A stretch of 42,282 nt of DNA from a bacterium (GTDB lineage Bacteria > Bacillota_I > Bacilli_A > RF39 > UBA660). The translations under genes were made by a program, and so were the position numbers. Shown piece by piece: positions 1-9,979 of this stretch. The notes under the pieces were generated by a model. That model saw only the letters and a program-made list of their open reading frames with translations, was not told the DNA's origin and did not search any database. The stretch spans positions 1 through 42,282 of the forward strand of contig CAVKJF010000001.1 of NCBI GenBank assembly GCA_963656615.1, read 5' to 3'. Position 1 is the stretch's first letter; each line of letters opens with the position of its first letter.

Positions 1-17
1 TAATTTCTGATTGCCAT
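1..17 (-). CDS. rplB: 50S ribosomal protein L2, first 5 codons only (gene runs off the left edge)
   Basis: Reverse complement of 1-17 reads ATG GCA ATC AGA AAT (MAIRN). A GGAGGAG SD lies at 31-25, 7 nt upstream. Its position directly after rplW matches the conserved S10-operon order. Confidence 0.5.
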
Positions 18-31
18 AATTTTTCTCCTCC

Positions 32-316
32 TTAACCAAGATCAATTGTTTGTCCGTCTGCAAGAGTAACAATTGCTTTCTTTGAACGATTTGTTAATCC
101 TGTGTAACGACCAACTCTTCTTTTCTTAGGTTTTACATTCATTGTTTTTACTGATGTAACCTTTACTTTAAAGATTTTTTCAATTGCATCTTTTATTTCT
201 AACTTTGTAGCTTTAGGATCTACTTTAAAAGTATATTTTCCTTCAGATTTTGCAATTTGTGATTTTTCAGTAATAACTGGTGCTTTGATTATTTCTAAAT
301 ATTTAGTGTCTTTCAT
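32..316 (-). CDS. rplW: 50S ribosomal protein L23
   Basis: 94-aa ORF with the KAPVITEKS motif. It lies between rplD and the rplB start, and its ATG is at 314-316. Confidence 0.93.
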   Translation of the reverse strand: MKDTKYLEIIKAPVITEKSQIAKSEGKYTFKVDPKATKLEIKDAIEKIFKVKVTSVKTMNVKPKKRRVGRYTGLTNRSKKAIVTLADGQTIDLG

Positions 317-942
317 TATTTAAGCACCTCCTCAACTGTTTTTAATGCTTCTTCTGTGATTAGCATTACATCTGTACTAACTAAATCTAATACGTTGATT
401 TCTTCTGCTAATATTAATACTACATTTTGTAGATTACGAGAAGCTAAAATTAAGTTGTCATCGAATTCTTTAACTACCATTAATACTTTCTTATCAGCTA
501 GTTTTAATGTTTCAAGTAAGTTAACCATTTCTTTAGTCTTTGGTGTTGCTAAAGAGATGTTTTCAACAACTATAATTGATTTTTCAATAGCTTTGTCGCT
601 TAATGCTGATTTTAAAGCTAATTGTCTTTCTTTTCTGTTTTGTTTTTTGCTGTAATCTCTAGGTACTGGAGTTCCATAATTTCCTCCGCCTACCCATTGA
701 ACAGCTCTAATTGATCCTTGACGAGCACGTCCTGTTCCTTTTTGTCTCCATGGCTTTCTTCCTCCACCAGAAACTTCTGAACGATTTTTAGTTTTATGTG
801 TTCCTTGTCTTAAAGATGCCATTGTTAAGATGATTGCATCTTTTAAAACAGCTTTGTTTGGGGTAATTCCAAATATTTCTTCGTTTAAATTAATGTCCTT
901 TACTTTTTCACCTTTTAGATTTAAAAGTTCTACTTTTTTCAT
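316..942 (-). CDS. rplD: 50S ribosomal protein L4
   Basis: [21 protein letters not shown] motif typical of uL4. The stop overlaps the rplW start by 1 nt. Confidence 0.95.
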   Translation of the reverse strand: MKKVELLNLKGEKVKDINLNEEIFGITPNKAVLKDAIILTMASLRQGTHKTKNRSEVSGGGRKPWRQKGTGRARQGSIRAVQWVGGGNYGTPVPRDYSKKQNRKERQLALKSALSDKAIEKSIIVVENISLATPKTKEMVNLLETLKLADKKVLMVVKEFDDNLILASRNLQNVVLILAEEINVLDLVSTDVMLITEEALKTVEEVLK

Positions 943-1009
943 CTACGATTCCTCCTTTCATCACTTATATTTTTAATTTTCTTTCTTTATTATATATAGC
1001 GTGATGATT

Positions 1010-1750
1010 TTATTCAGCTGATGTTTCTTGATTTTCTTCAGTTTCTACTACTGTTTCTTCAACAACTTCTTCTACTGTAACCGGAGAAGCATATGTTATT
1101 AAATCAGCAGCTTCTAACTTAACATTAGGTTTCTTTACTGCAGTACGAATCATAACAAATGATTTCTTTGGACCTGGAACATTACCTTTTACTAAAATTA
1201 CATTGTTTTCAGTATCAACTGAAATTACCTCTAAATTTTGAACAGTTCTTTGAACGTTACCCATTTGACCTGGCATCTTCTTACCTTTTAATACGTGCAT
1301 TGGTAACATTGTACCTAATGAACCAACACCTCTATGGTATTGAGAACCATGTCCCATAGGACCTCTTGTTTGATTATGACGTTTGATAACACCTTGGAAA
1401 CCTTTTCCTTTGCTAGTTCCTGTAACATCTACCATTTCGCCAGCTTCGAAAACGTCAACGTTAACAGTTTGTCCTAGTGTGTAATCATTAACGTTTACCC
1501 CTCTAATTTCCTTTAAGAAGCGCTTAGGTGTTGTGTTAGCTTTGTCTGTATGACCCTTTTTTGGTTTGTTGCTTAAACTTTCTCTTACTGTATCAGTAGC
1601 AAGTTGGATAGCATCGTAACCATCTTTTTCAACTGTTTTGATTTGAGTAACTACATTTGGTTCTACTTCAATAACAGTAACCGGAATCAATTTACCATCT
1701 TTAGTAAATGTTTGAGTCATTCCGATTTTTTTACCTAAGATTCCTTTCAT
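1010..1750 (-). CDS. rplC: 50S ribosomal protein L3 (with acidic C-terminal tail)
   Basis: uL3 hallmarks [13 protein letters not shown] and MGHGSQYHR. The protein is 246 aa because of an extra Glu/Val-rich tail ([23 protein letters not shown]). Confidence 0.95.
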   Translation of the reverse strand: MKGILGKKIGMTQTFTKDGKLIPVTVIEVEPNVVTQIKTVEKDGYDAIQLATDTVRESLSNKPKKGHTDKANTTPKRFLKEIRGVNVNDYTLGQTVNVDVFEAGEMVDVTGTSKGKGFQGVIKRHNQTRGPMGHGSQYHRGVGSLGTMLPMHVLKGKKMPGQMGNVQRTVQNLEVISVDTENNVILVKGNVPGPKKSFVMIRTAVKKPNVKLEAADLITYASPVTVEEVVEETVVETEENQETSAE

Positions 1751-1766
1751 TACATTTTCCTCCTAA

Positions 1767-2078
1767 TTATTTTGTTTTGATTTCAATATCTACTCCGCTT
1801 GGTAAATCTAAGTGAGCTAATGCATCAATAGTTTCCTTGCTAGGATTCTTGATATCAATAAGTCTTTTGTGTGTACGCATTTCAAATTGCTCACGAGAGT
1901 CTTTGTATTTGTGTACAGCTCTTAAGATTGTATACTTTTCAATTTCAGTTGGTAATGGTACCGGACCTGAAATTTCACCACCTGTTCTTTTAACAGTTTC
2001 AACAATTTTCTTAGCTGCATTATCAAGTACTCTGTGATCATATGCCTTAATTCTGATGCGAATCTTTTCTGTTGACAT
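1767..2078 (-). CDS. rpsJ: 30S ribosomal protein S10
   Basis: 103 aa with [15 protein letters not shown], typical of uS10. It is the first gene of the S10 operon. Confidence 0.96.
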   Translation of the reverse strand: MSTEKIRIRIKAYDHRVLDNAAKKIVETVKRTGGEISGPVPLPTEIEKYTILRAVHKYKDSREQFEMRTHKRLIDIKNPSKETIDALAHLDLPSGVDIEIKTK

Positions 2079-2246
2079 TTTAAATCCTCCCTTCGCCTAT
2101 ATCTAGTATAGACTTGCTCCGTGCAAATAACCCGACCTGTCCAAATTTAAGTTTTTTATCAAAATCTATTTTTATCTTAGAAATTAATTAACAACTTATC
2201 CTGGAGTGTCGACAACCTCGCACATCTAAGCAGTCACACGTAGTTA

Positions 2247-2275
2247 ATTATAACAGTTATGTGTTTTTTTTGCAA
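2247..2275 (-). promoter_or_regulatory. sigma-A type promoter of the S10 operon
   Basis: Read on the minus strand: TTGCAA (2275-2270), 17-nt spacer, TATAAT (2252-2247). This leaves a ~160-nt leader before the rpsJ ATG. Confidence 0.55.
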
Positions 2276-2362
2276 GCGTTTTTTGTATAATTTTGTTATT
2301 TTTCAACGTAATTGACGTGTTATTGCTTCTTTTGATTAATATTTTTATATTCTTTCATAATT

Positions 2363-2410
2363 AAAATGAGCACTAATTTTTATTTTTTTTAATTAACTTG
2401 TGCTCATTTT
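2363..2410 (-). terminator. hairpin terminator of dinB (large AT loop)
   Basis: AAAATGAGCAC (2363-2373) pairs with GTGCTCATTTT (2400-2410). The loop is 26 nt, the arm overlaps the dinB stop codon, and a U-rich tail follows on the minus strand. Confidence 0.45.
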
Positions 2411-3615
2411 TCTTTAGATTTTTTTGATATTAATTTAATTGAAGCCGGTGCTACTATAGATTTTCCAAACTTTTTGTTTATGTTATCAATAGTTGTTTGA
2501 ACTGTATCAGATGATGTCTTTACTTCTTCTTGGTCAAATAATGACATTTGATAATCATTTTGTTCTGTTAAGTCAGCCAATCTAAAACCTAGTAGTCTAA
2601 TAGGATCTTTTTTATAATTTTTTCTAAATATTGAAATAGCTATTTTATATATTTCGGTAATGTTGTTACTGGGCCTTTCTAATTTTTCTTGGGCTGAATA
2701 AGTTTCAAATTTATTATTTTTAAAAATTACAGCAATAGTTTTAGCGTATTGTTTTTTAGATCTTAATGTCCTAGTTGTTTTTTCTACAAAGGTAAAAAGA
2801 AGTTCTTCTAATTTATCTTCATTTGTACAGTCATATACTAGAGTTTCTGATACACTGATGCTTTTACTTTTGGTCTTCTTTTCTTCTAATCTACTTTCGT
2901 CGATACCATAAGATGCATTTTTTAAATATTCAGCTTGTCCTTTAAAATGCTTTTTTAATACTTTAATATCAGTTTTTGCTAAATCTTCTACTGTATATAC
3001 ATTTAATTTATTTAATACTTCTTTTGTCTTTCGACCAATGAATAACAAGTCTCCTACATCTAGAGGCCATAATTTTTGAACTATTTCATCTTTTAATAAG
3101 GTGTGAACTTTATCTGGCTTTTCAAAATCTGAAGCCATCTTGGCACAAAGCTTATTATTACCAATGCCAATGTTTACGGTGTAACCAAATTTTGTTTTTA
3201 TATCATCTTTTATATAATACGCTAACTCTAAATAGTTTTTATATAAATATTTAGTTCCTGTCATATCTATAAAACATTCATCTATAGAAAACTGTTCCAT
3301 ACTTGGTGAATATTGTGATAGATATGTGAATAACTCTTTTGATTTTTCTATATACCATTTATAATCTGGAGCAAAAACTTTTAGACCAGGACATTTCTTT
3401 CGTGCTTGATAAAGGGTTTCGGCAGTTACAATATTATATTTTTTCGCAACAGGTGACTTAGCTAAAACAATACCTTTTCTTTCTTTTTCGTTTCCACCTA
3501 TTACTGCTGGTATTTTTCGAATGTCTTCTTTGTAGCCTTCTTTAAGCAGTTTGACTGCTGTCCATGATAAAAAGGCATTATTAACATCTATATGAAAAAT
3601 AATTCTTTCTTTCAT
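2404..3615 (-). CDS. dinB: DNA polymerase IV (Y-family translesion polymerase)
   Basis: N-terminal IFHIDVNNAF and SIDECFIDMTG catalytic-acid motifs of Y-family polymerases. 403 aa, with a GGAGGG SD upstream. Confidence 0.88.
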   Translation of the reverse strand: MKERIIFHIDVNNAFLSWTAVKLLKEGYKEDIRKIPAVIGGNEKERKGIVLAKSPVAKKYNIVTAETLYQARKKCPGLKVFAPDYKWYIEKSKELFTYLSQYSPSMEQFSIDECFIDMTGTKYLYKNYLELAYYIKDDIKTKFGYTVNIGIGNNKLCAKMASDFEKPDKVHTLLKDEIVQKLWPLDVGDLLFIGRKTKEVLNKLNVYTVEDLAKTDIKVLKKHFKGQAEYLKNASYGIDESRLEEKKTKSKSISVSETLVYDCTNEDKLEELLFTFVEKTTRTLRSKKQYAKTIAVIFKNNKFETYSAQEKLERPSNNITEIYKIAISIFRKNYKKDPIRLLGFRLADLTEQNDYQMSLFDQEEVKTSSDTVQTTIDNINKKFGKSIVAPASIKLISKKSKEK

Positions 3616-3632
3616 GGTATCCCTCCAAAACC

Positions 3633-3661
3633 ATTATAGAACATTTTTTCGACTTTTTCAA
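3633..3661 (-). promoter_or_regulatory. dinB promoter with a LexA/DinR-box-like sequence in the spacer
   Basis: Minus strand: TTGAAA (3661-3656), 17 nt, TATAAT (3638-3633). The spacer holds GAAC-ATTT-TTTC (plus 3639-3650). This resembles the Firmicute SOS box CGAAC-N4-GTTCG with one degenerate half-site. Confidence 0.45.
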
Positions 3662-3745
3662 TCGGACTTCAGTTTTTCTGTGTACATTTATAGTTTACAT
3701 ATTATTTTTGAGATTTAGTACATAATAAAACTAGATGGTGATATT

Positions 3746-3997
3746 ATGAATAAATATGAAGTTAATATTTATGAACAAATTGCACGAAATATTAAAAAGT
3801 ATAGACATGAGGCGGGAATTACGCAAGCTGTCTTAGCTGAACGTGTTGGTGTTTCACATGAATTCATCAGGCGAATTGAGTCGAAAAAAGGTGTTAAAAC
3901 TTTTTCAGTCGATACAATTTGGAAAATATCTCTAGCTTTAAACATTGAAGTTGGAAAATTATTTGAAATAGATATAGATGAAGTAGTAAATTCATAA
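3746..3997 (+). CDS. XRE-family helix-turn-helix transcriptional regulator (HTH domain only)
   Basis: 83 aa. IKKYRHEAGITQAVLAERVGVSHEFIRRIESKK is a typical Cro/C1-type HTH. A GGTGA SD lies 5 nt upstream. The gene is divergent from dinB. Confidence 0.8.
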   Translation: MNKYEVNIYEQIARNIKKYRHEAGITQAVLAERVGVSHEFIRRIESKKGVKTFSVDTIWKISLALNIEVGKLFEIDIDEVVNS

Positions 3998-4039
3998 ATA
4001 GTACTTAAGAGCAGTTAAGTAAAGCTGCTTTTTAATTTT

Positions 4040-4081
4040 AAAAACCTTTAAGGTCATTTAGACTTTAAAGGTTTTGTTTTT
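4040..4081. terminator. bidirectional intrinsic terminator between the XRE gene and gpmA
   Basis: 13-bp stem: AACCTTTAAGGTC (4043-4055) pairs with GACTTTAAAGGTT (4061-4073), with one G-U. An A-run lies on the left and a T-run on the right. A weaker hairpin with T5 lies at 4010-4034. Confidence 0.75.
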
Positions 4082-4777
4082 TTAATTATCTTTTAAATAA
4101 TAGTGTCTTATTGGTTTTAGATTTTCATCTAATTCGTAACAAATTGGATTTCCAGTTTCTATTTCTAATTTCATTACTTCTTCATCAGATAAGTTATCTA
4201 AATACTTAATTAATCCTCGTAAACTGTTTCCATGAGCAACTATTATTACTTTTTTATTTTCTAACAAATCTTTTTTAATATCAGTATCCCAGTACTTTAT
4301 GACTCTTTCAACTGTATCTAGTAGGTTTTCAGTTGTAGGTATATCTTCTTTTGATAGATTTTTATATTTAGGATCATTGCCAGGATATCTTTCATCTGTA
4401 ACTTCTAAGGCAGGAGGTCTAACATCAGCACTACGTCTCCATAAACGAACTTGTTCTTCACCATATTTTTTTCTGGTATCATCTTTGTTTAATCCTTGTA
4501 AAGCTCCATAATGTCTTTCATTTAAACGCCAACTATATTTTATTGGAATGTTCTTTTCATTTAGTTCTTCTAATATATAGTCCAAAGTATCATTAGCTCT
4601 TTTTAAATATGATGTATAAGCTACATCAAACGTATAGCCTAATTCTTTTAATTTTTGTCCAGCTTCTTTTGCTTCTTTTATACCTTGTTCTGATAAACCA
4701 ACATCTGTCCAGCCAGTAAATCTATTTTCTAAATTCCAAATACTTTGACCATGTCTTACTAATATTAACTTTATCAT
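4082..4777 (-). CDS. gpmA: 2,3-bisphosphoglycerate-dependent phosphoglycerate mutase
   Basis: [18 protein letters not shown] and ERHYGALQG motifs of dPGM. The start is set at the internal ATG (4777) because AGGAGG lies 6 nt upstream; the ORF-track start at 4804 has no SD. Confidence 0.9.
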   Translation of the reverse strand: MIKLILVRHGQSIWNLENRFTGWTDVGLSEQGIKEAKEAGQKLKELGYTFDVAYTSYLKRANDTLDYILEELNEKNIPIKYSWRLNERHYGALQGLNKDDTRKKYGEEQVRLWRRSADVRPPALEVTDERYPGNDPKYKNLSKEDIPTTENLLDTVERVIKYWDTDIKKDLLENKKVIIVAHGNSLRGLIKYLDNLSDEEVMKLEIETGNPICYELDENLKPIRHYYLKDN

Positions 4778-4787
4778 TATTTTCCTC

Positions 4788-6065
4788 CTATATTTTCTTA
4801 TCATTTAAGCAGAATACAGCATATACAGGTATATATCTAACTTCTTTCTTTGTAGAAAAGTTATTCTCTGTTATACGGTATGCTTGCTGTGTTATATACT
4901 TCTTTATAAATACTGATAATGATTTAGCTTTAGACATACTTTTTGTTGCTATTTCAATTGGAATAATTTGACCTAGTCTATTTTGAATTACAAAGTTAAC
5001 TTCTGCTTTTCCTTCAGACTGATAGTAATATAATGAATATCCTGCTTCTACTAATGTTTTAGCAATATGATTTTCATATAATGTCTCTTTTATTTTCTCG
5101 TCTGAGGCAAATCGTTTTAAATTTAAATGTAGCATAGTAAATAGTAGACCATCATCTGGTAAGTATAATTTAAAGCTATCTGTTTCACGGCAACTACTTA
5201 ATGGTGATTTCACGTTTTTAATTTTGTAACTACGATATACTAATTGATTATTTACTAAGTAATTTATAGCAGTCTCATATTCTTTAGCTCTTTTTCCTGG
5301 ACCGATGCAACCATATTGAAATTTTTTATTTTCTTTTTTCAATTGATTAGGTATAGAGTTAATTACTTCTATGCCTCTTGGTATGTCAATTAAAACTTTA
5401 TTAAGACTTATTTCCTTTTTATATATATCAATTACTTTTTGTTTTATAGCGTCTATTTCATAAATTGTTTTGCCATCCAGATCGGCTTGAACTACTTCTG
5501 GTAGACCTCCAGTCATTAAATATTCTTGGAATAAATCTAAAGCAACTTTATGGAAAGGACATAATTTGTGTTTTGTATAAGACTCTCTTATTAGTTCTGC
5601 CAAGCTCTTTTCGCCTTTTGCCCAAAGATATTCTTCAAAGTCCATTTCGTTCATACCTTTAAATTGTAATTCTTCGCCTTTAAATTCATTTAGTCTTTCT
5701 CGACGTGATGTTATTGCAATAATATGATACTTACTGCGTTCACTTCCAAATAATTTTAAACCTTTAACTATGTCTAAGTTATCTAAGTTATCTAAAATAA
5801 TTAAAGTATCTTCTTTTAATATTGTTTCACCAGAGGTTAAAGATAAATTTAAGATGATTTTATCGATATTTTTTTCCTTGGCAAATAGTTCTATTATTTC
5901 ACCATTATTTTCTGTATTGAAATAAACTAAGTTTTTATATTCTTTTTTTCCAAAATTTAATACAGTAAATGTTTTACCAATTTGCTTAGGTCCATATAGT
6001 ATTAATGGCTTTCTTATTATATCTTTTTGCCATTTTTTAAAAAATTCTTCTATTTTTCGTTCCAT
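4788..6065 (-). CDS. AAA-family ATPase with DUF4143-type C-terminal domain
   Basis: Walker A GPKQIGKT and Walker B-like LIILDNLD. Length and layout match the AAA_14/DUF4143 (COG1373) family. A TTGACT-17-TATACT promoter lies at about 6100-6128 (minus strand). Confidence 0.75.
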   Translation of the reverse strand: MERKIEEFFKKWQKDIIRKPLILYGPKQIGKTFTVLNFGKKEYKNLVYFNTENNGEIIELFAKEKNIDKIILNLSLTSGETILKEDTLIILDNLDNLDIVKGLKLFGSERSKYHIIAITSRRERLNEFKGEELQFKGMNEMDFEEYLWAKGEKSLAELIRESYTKHKLCPFHKVALDLFQEYLMTGGLPEVVQADLDGKTIYEIDAIKQKVIDIYKKEISLNKVLIDIPRGIEVINSIPNQLKKENKKFQYGCIGPGKRAKEYETAINYLVNNQLVYRSYKIKNVKSPLSSCRETDSFKLYLPDDGLLFTMLHLNLKRFASDEKIKETLYENHIAKTLVEAGYSLYYYQSEGKAEVNFVIQNRLGQIIPIEIATKSMSKAKSLSVFIKKYITQQAYRITENNFSTKKEVRYIPVYAVFCLNDKKI

Positions 6066-6162
6066 AAATTGTTACCTCCGCACATATTTTATAAATTAAG
6101 TATACTTTTTTATTTTAGTTTAGTCAAGGTTTTAGAAATGAAAAAAGCCCTACAAATAGGAC

Positions 6163-6939
6163 TTAATTGTTTGTTGCTACTTTATTAAATTCTAAACGTA
6201 GTTTATCAGCTACGGTAACTATAAATTCTGAATTTGTTGGTTTAGCTTTATCAATATCTACGCTATGTCCGAAGATATCTTCCATTAGTTGCCAGTTACC
6301 TCTGTTCCAACTAACTTCGATAGCATGTCTTATTGCTCTTTCAACTCTAGATACTGTTGTTTCATATCTACCAGCAATTTCTGGATATAACTCTTTTGTT
6401 ATTCCACCTACTAATTCTGGCTTTTCATATACTAAAGTTATTCCTTCACGAATATATTGATAACCTTTTATATGAGATGGTACACCTAATTCGTGTAATG
6501 TATTAGTAATTGATTTTTGTAAGTTATTGTGATACAAATCAATACTTTTGCCTGCAAACTTTGTTCCCTCTCTTAATTCAATTATTCTTTTCTCTAGGTC
6601 AGCTAATTCAAATGGTTTTAAGATAAAATAACTTACTCCCATTTCTGATACTTTTCTAATCATATCTTGTGTATTATATGAAGTTAGGACTATAACATCT
6701 TTATCTATTTCCTTCTTTTTCATATGTTCTAATACAGCTATTCCATCTTTAACAGGCATAATCAAATCTAATAATATTATGTCGTACTCGTCTTTCTTTT
6801 TATCGGCTAACAGCATTCCTTCTGCTCCGTCGTATGCTGTTAAAGTTACATTTATATCAGCGTTATCACTGAAATATTCCTTAATCATTTCTACTAAGCT
6901 CTTGTTATCGTCAATGATTAATAAACGTGTTCTCTCCAT
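6163..6939 (-). CDS. spo0A: sporulation master regulator Spo0A
   Basis: Receiver domain (LLIIDDN...ILLDLIMP) plus the diagnostic Spo0A C-terminal domain ([37 protein letters not shown]). The start is at the 6th codon of the track ORF, where GAGGAG is 5 nt upstream. Confidence 0.92.
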   Translation of the reverse strand: MERTRLLIIDDNKSLVEMIKEYFSDNADINVTLTAYDGAEGMLLADKKKDEYDIILLDLIMPVKDGIAVLEHMKKKEIDKDVIVLTSYNTQDMIRKVSEMGVSYFILKPFELADLEKRIIELREGTKFAGKSIDLYHNNLQKSITNTLHELGVPSHIKGYQYIREGITLVYEKPELVGGITKELYPEIAGRYETTVSRVERAIRHAIEVSWNRGNWQLMEDIFGHSVDIDKAKPTNSEFIVTVADKLRLEFNKVATNN

Positions 6940-7021
6940 CTTTTCTCCTCTCATATACTACCACGCATTTTAATTATATAACATAGTTCGATAAATTGAT
7001 AGAAAAAAAAAGGACAACTTT

Positions 7022-7028
7022 TGTCGAA
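7022..7028 (+). promoter_or_regulatory. perfect 0A-box heptamer TGTCGAA upstream of spo0A
   Basis: TGTCGAA lies at 7022-7028, about 85 nt upstream of the spo0A ATG. A one-mismatch copy (TATCGAA on minus, 6993-6987) lies next to a TATAAT. The site also overlaps a weak tpiA terminator hairpin. Confidence 0.3.
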
Positions 7029-7042
7029 AGTGTCTATTTTGT

Positions 7043-7735
7043 CTATTTTTCTATTTTATTAATAAGAAGTTGTATTTTGTCTAAATGAAGACTTAGGGCA
7101 CCGATAAGATATCCATCAACGATATTTTCTTTATCTAGTGTTTCAATATTTTCATCATTAACGCTGCCACCATATAAAATTAAATTGTTTGGATAGTACT
7201 CTTTTATATGATTAACTACTTCTTTTATCTCTTGACCTGATGGTATTATACCTGTACCAATGGACCAGGTTGGTTCATAAGCAATAATTATTTTTTCAAT
7301 GTTTTCAGGTGTTAAATTAGTAAATGCTTCTTTTAAATCATTTATAATAACATCTGATGCAACATTTGACTTTTCATTTTCACCAACACATAGTATTGGT
7401 GTAATGTCATTAGCTAATAATTGAGATATTTTTCTATTTGCATCTTGAGACGTTTCACAAAATAAATTTCTTCTTTCACTATGACCTACAAGAGAGTATT
7501 TAACATCAAGTGACTTTAGTTGTTCTGCAGATACTTCTCCTGTATATGAGCCTTTACCATAAGCACTAACATTTTGACTACCAAGTAGTATTCCTTCTAT
7601 ACTATTAGATAAATAAATATTGGAAGGAAATAAAATTATCTTAGTATCTTTATGTTGTAGATTTTTTAATTGTTCTTTGTATAAAGTAAATTCATCTTTT
7701 GTTAAATGACATTTATTATTAAGTGCTACTATCAT
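7043..7735 (-). CDS. tpiA: triosephosphate isomerase
   Basis: VGHSERR (catalytic His) and AYEPTWSIGTG (catalytic Glu). N-terminal ALNNK preserves the Asn/Lys pair. The start is at ATG 7735 (AAGGTGA SD 5 nt upstream); the track start at 7744 is a GTG inside that SD. Confidence 0.88.
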   Translation of the reverse strand: MIVALNNKCHLTKDEFTLYKEQLKNLQHKDTKIILFPSNIYLSNSIEGILLGSQNVSAYGKGSYTGEVSAEQLKSLDVKYSLVGHSERRNLFCETSQDANRKISQLLANDITPILCVGENEKSNVASDVIINDLKEAFTNLTPENIEKIIIAYEPTWSIGTGIIPSGQEIKEVVNHIKEYYPNNLILYGGSVNDENIETLDKENIVDGYLIGALSLHLDKIQLLINKIEK

Positions 7736-7736
7736 A

Positions 7737-8966
7737 TTATTCACCTTTTATTTTCTTTGTTATCATGGATATTATGCCAAATCTATCCTCATTCTCTTTA
7801 TCAATAAGAGCTCTTTTATATACTTCAAGAACTCTTTCAGCATAGCTTGCAGAACTACAATGTTCAGCTTGGATTCTAGCTTGATTATCATATTTTTCTA
7901 ACATAGATCTATCAGTATATAACATTAGTACTTTTTCAATGTATTCTTTTTCTGTTTCAAATATAAGACCATTCAATTCATTGGTAACTGTTCCTAGAAA
8001 TGATTCATCATTTATACATAATGGCACAACACTTGCAGCCATGGCTTCTATAACAGTTAGGCCTTGAGTTTCGGTAGTTGAGGCTGTTGCGAAAACATCG
8101 GCGCAATGGTAATAGAATGGCATTTCTTCCCAAGCTGCTTTTCCAGTAAATATAACATTTTTGCTTATACCTAAGTCAGTAGCAAGTTGTTCATAGTTTT
8201 CTTTATCTGGACCGTCTCCTACAATAACTAATTTTATATTAGAATGTTTTTCAACTATTTTTTTGTGGGCATTTAGTAAAAACTCAACGTTTTTTTCAGA
8301 AGCTAACCTTCCAACAAATAGTATGACAAAGTCTTTTTTCTGAAGATTTAATCTTTTCTTTAATGTTTGGACATAACTTTTATCCACATTTTCTGTGTAA
8401 AAACGTTCTACTTCTATTCCGGTTGGCACTATATGAATATTTTTTGTAAACTCGTATTTTTCTTTAAACAGTTTGTATATTTTGTTTGTTGGAACTATTA
8501 ATTCATGAGCTGTCTTATCACAATAGAATTTTGTTAAATACTCAACTATCTTTTTACTTGATTTATCAAAGTAACCATGAGTTATATAGTGAGTGTAGTC
8601 TTCATATAAAGTGTGATAAGTGTGGACTAATGGTATATCAAATTGTTTAGCTAATAAACGCGCAAGGATACCTATACCAAATTCGGTATGAGAATGAATT
8701 ACATCTAATTTCCAATTTTTCATAGTATTAATCATTGATAAAGGATAGATTCTACTAAGACGATAGTCATAAATACCAATAGGAATTCCGGGGACTCTTA
8801 CAATTCTTTCTTCTTCATCGTACTCATATTTTAAGGCGTTATCACTAACAGTAACAACATAAACAATGTGTCCCTTTTTTTCTAATGCTTTTTTAAGCAT
8901 CGCTACACTTGTTGATACTCCATTTATATATGGAGGATATGAATCTGTAAATAAACCTATTCGCAT
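7737..8966 (-). CDS. GT4-family glycosyltransferase, diacylglycerol glucosyltransferase-like (glycolipid synthase type)
   Basis: N-terminal MRIGLFTDSYPPYINGVSTSV and C-terminal TETQGLTVIEAMA (E-x7-E region) are typical of GT4 enzymes of the alMGS/CpoA type. Confidence 0.75.
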   Translation of the reverse strand: MRIGLFTDSYPPYINGVSTSVAMLKKALEKKGHIVYVVTVSDNALKYEYDEEERIVRVPGIPIGIYDYRLSRIYPLSMINTMKNWKLDVIHSHTEFGIGILARLLAKQFDIPLVHTYHTLYEDYTHYITHGYFDKSSKKIVEYLTKFYCDKTAHELIVPTNKIYKLFKEKYEFTKNIHIVPTGIEVERFYTENVDKSYVQTLKKRLNLQKKDFVILFVGRLASEKNVEFLLNAHKKIVEKHSNIKLVIVGDGPDKENYEQLATDLGISKNVIFTGKAAWEEMPFYYHCADVFATASTTETQGLTVIEAMAASVVPLCINDESFLGTVTNELNGLIFETEKEYIEKVLMLYTDRSMLEKYDNQARIQAEHCSSASYAERVLEVYKRALIDKENEDRFGIISMITKKIKGE

Positions 8967-8968
8967 AT

Positions 8969-9979
8969 TTAATCACTTTCCTTTTCAGTACTAAATAAGA
9001 AGCCACCTAAAATCATACCAAAATAGTATGTTATAAAACGCCAAACAATTAGTAAAGCATTTAGTAATACTGTTGGCATAAAATTACCAAAGAATTTTAC
9101 GAAACTATATTCTATTCCACCCGAAGCACCAGGAATTGGTACAAATGAGCCAACTAACAATACATAAGCTGATGAAGTTATAGCAGTCATTGGATTTAAA
9201 CTGGTGAAGTCATGAAGACCATACATAATAAATAATGGAATTATATATAGGCAAGTTAAGCCAATGAAGTTTATTAGCACTCCAAAGATAAATATTTTTC
9301 TTTTTCCTAATAAATCTTTAGAAACATCGTGAAATTCCTCTAGTTTTTCATTCCAGTATGCTTTGGCCTTTGGAATATTTTTTATAATTTTAATTTTTCC
9401 TAAGAAGGTAATTACCCAATTAGATACTTTACCAGTTATAGTTTTAGATAGCATTATAACGTATAAAGCTATAGCTACAATTACGTTGATTATAAAGCCT
9501 AGTAGTACTAAGTGTTGAAGTAAGGCTACTTTAGGGAATAGATTAAAAGTCCAATTGCAAGCTACCGCTATAACACCATAGATAACTAGAGCAGTTTGAT
9601 AAAATATGAAATTTTCGATGGTAACACTGGTTGCTTTGCTTACTTTTATTCCATGTTCAGCAATCATATATACTTCCATTGGTTGTCCGCCTGTAGAAAA
9701 TGGAGTTATACCATTAAAAAACTGAGTTATTATATTATGTTTTATAGCCTCTTTAAATGTTAATTTGTCTTTTTCATTTACACTTCTATATATTATATAA
9801 GCTTTTGAAACAATATATATAAAATATAATAGTATGGCTATTAAAAGATAAAAGAGATTTATTTTTGATAGTGTAACAACTATACTTCCAAGATTATCTT
9901 TTAAAAGAAAAAAGAGTACTATTATAGTAATTATTAATAAAATTATACTGTTTCTCTTAATACTTTTTATTGTTTCCAT
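8969..9979 (-). CDS. polytopic membrane protein, LPG-synthase-TM / flippase-like (UPF0104) family
   Basis: Multiple TM helices. FFNGITPFSTGGQPMEVYMI and PIPGASGGIEYSF resemble the conserved loops of the MprF flippase-like domain family. Confidence 0.55.
   Translation of the reverse strand: METIKSIKRNSIILLIITIIVLFFLLKDNLGSIVVTLSKINLFYLLIAILLYFIYIVSKAYIIYRSVNEKDKLTFKEAIKHNIITQFFNGITPFSTGGQPMEVYMIAEHGIKVSKATSVTIENFIFYQTALVIYGVIAVACNWTFNLFPKVALLQHLVLLGFIINVIVAIALYVIMLSKTITGKVSNWVITFLGKIKIIKNIPKAKAYWNEKLEEFHDVSKDLLGKRKIFIFGVLINFIGLTCLYIIPLFIMYGLHDFTSLNPMTAITSSAYVLLVGSFVPIPGASGGIEYSFVKFFGNFMPTVLLNALLIVWRFITYYFGMILGGFLFSTEKESD

Noticed and set aside
7011-7026. The GGACAA-ctt-TTGTC hairpin after an A9 run, read as the sole explanation for the TGTCGAA site (tpiA terminator on the minus strand).
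   Set aside because: This is not fully rejected. The stem is only 5 bp, so it is a weak terminator. I kept the 0A-box reading as a low-confidence alternative and did not call a terminator.
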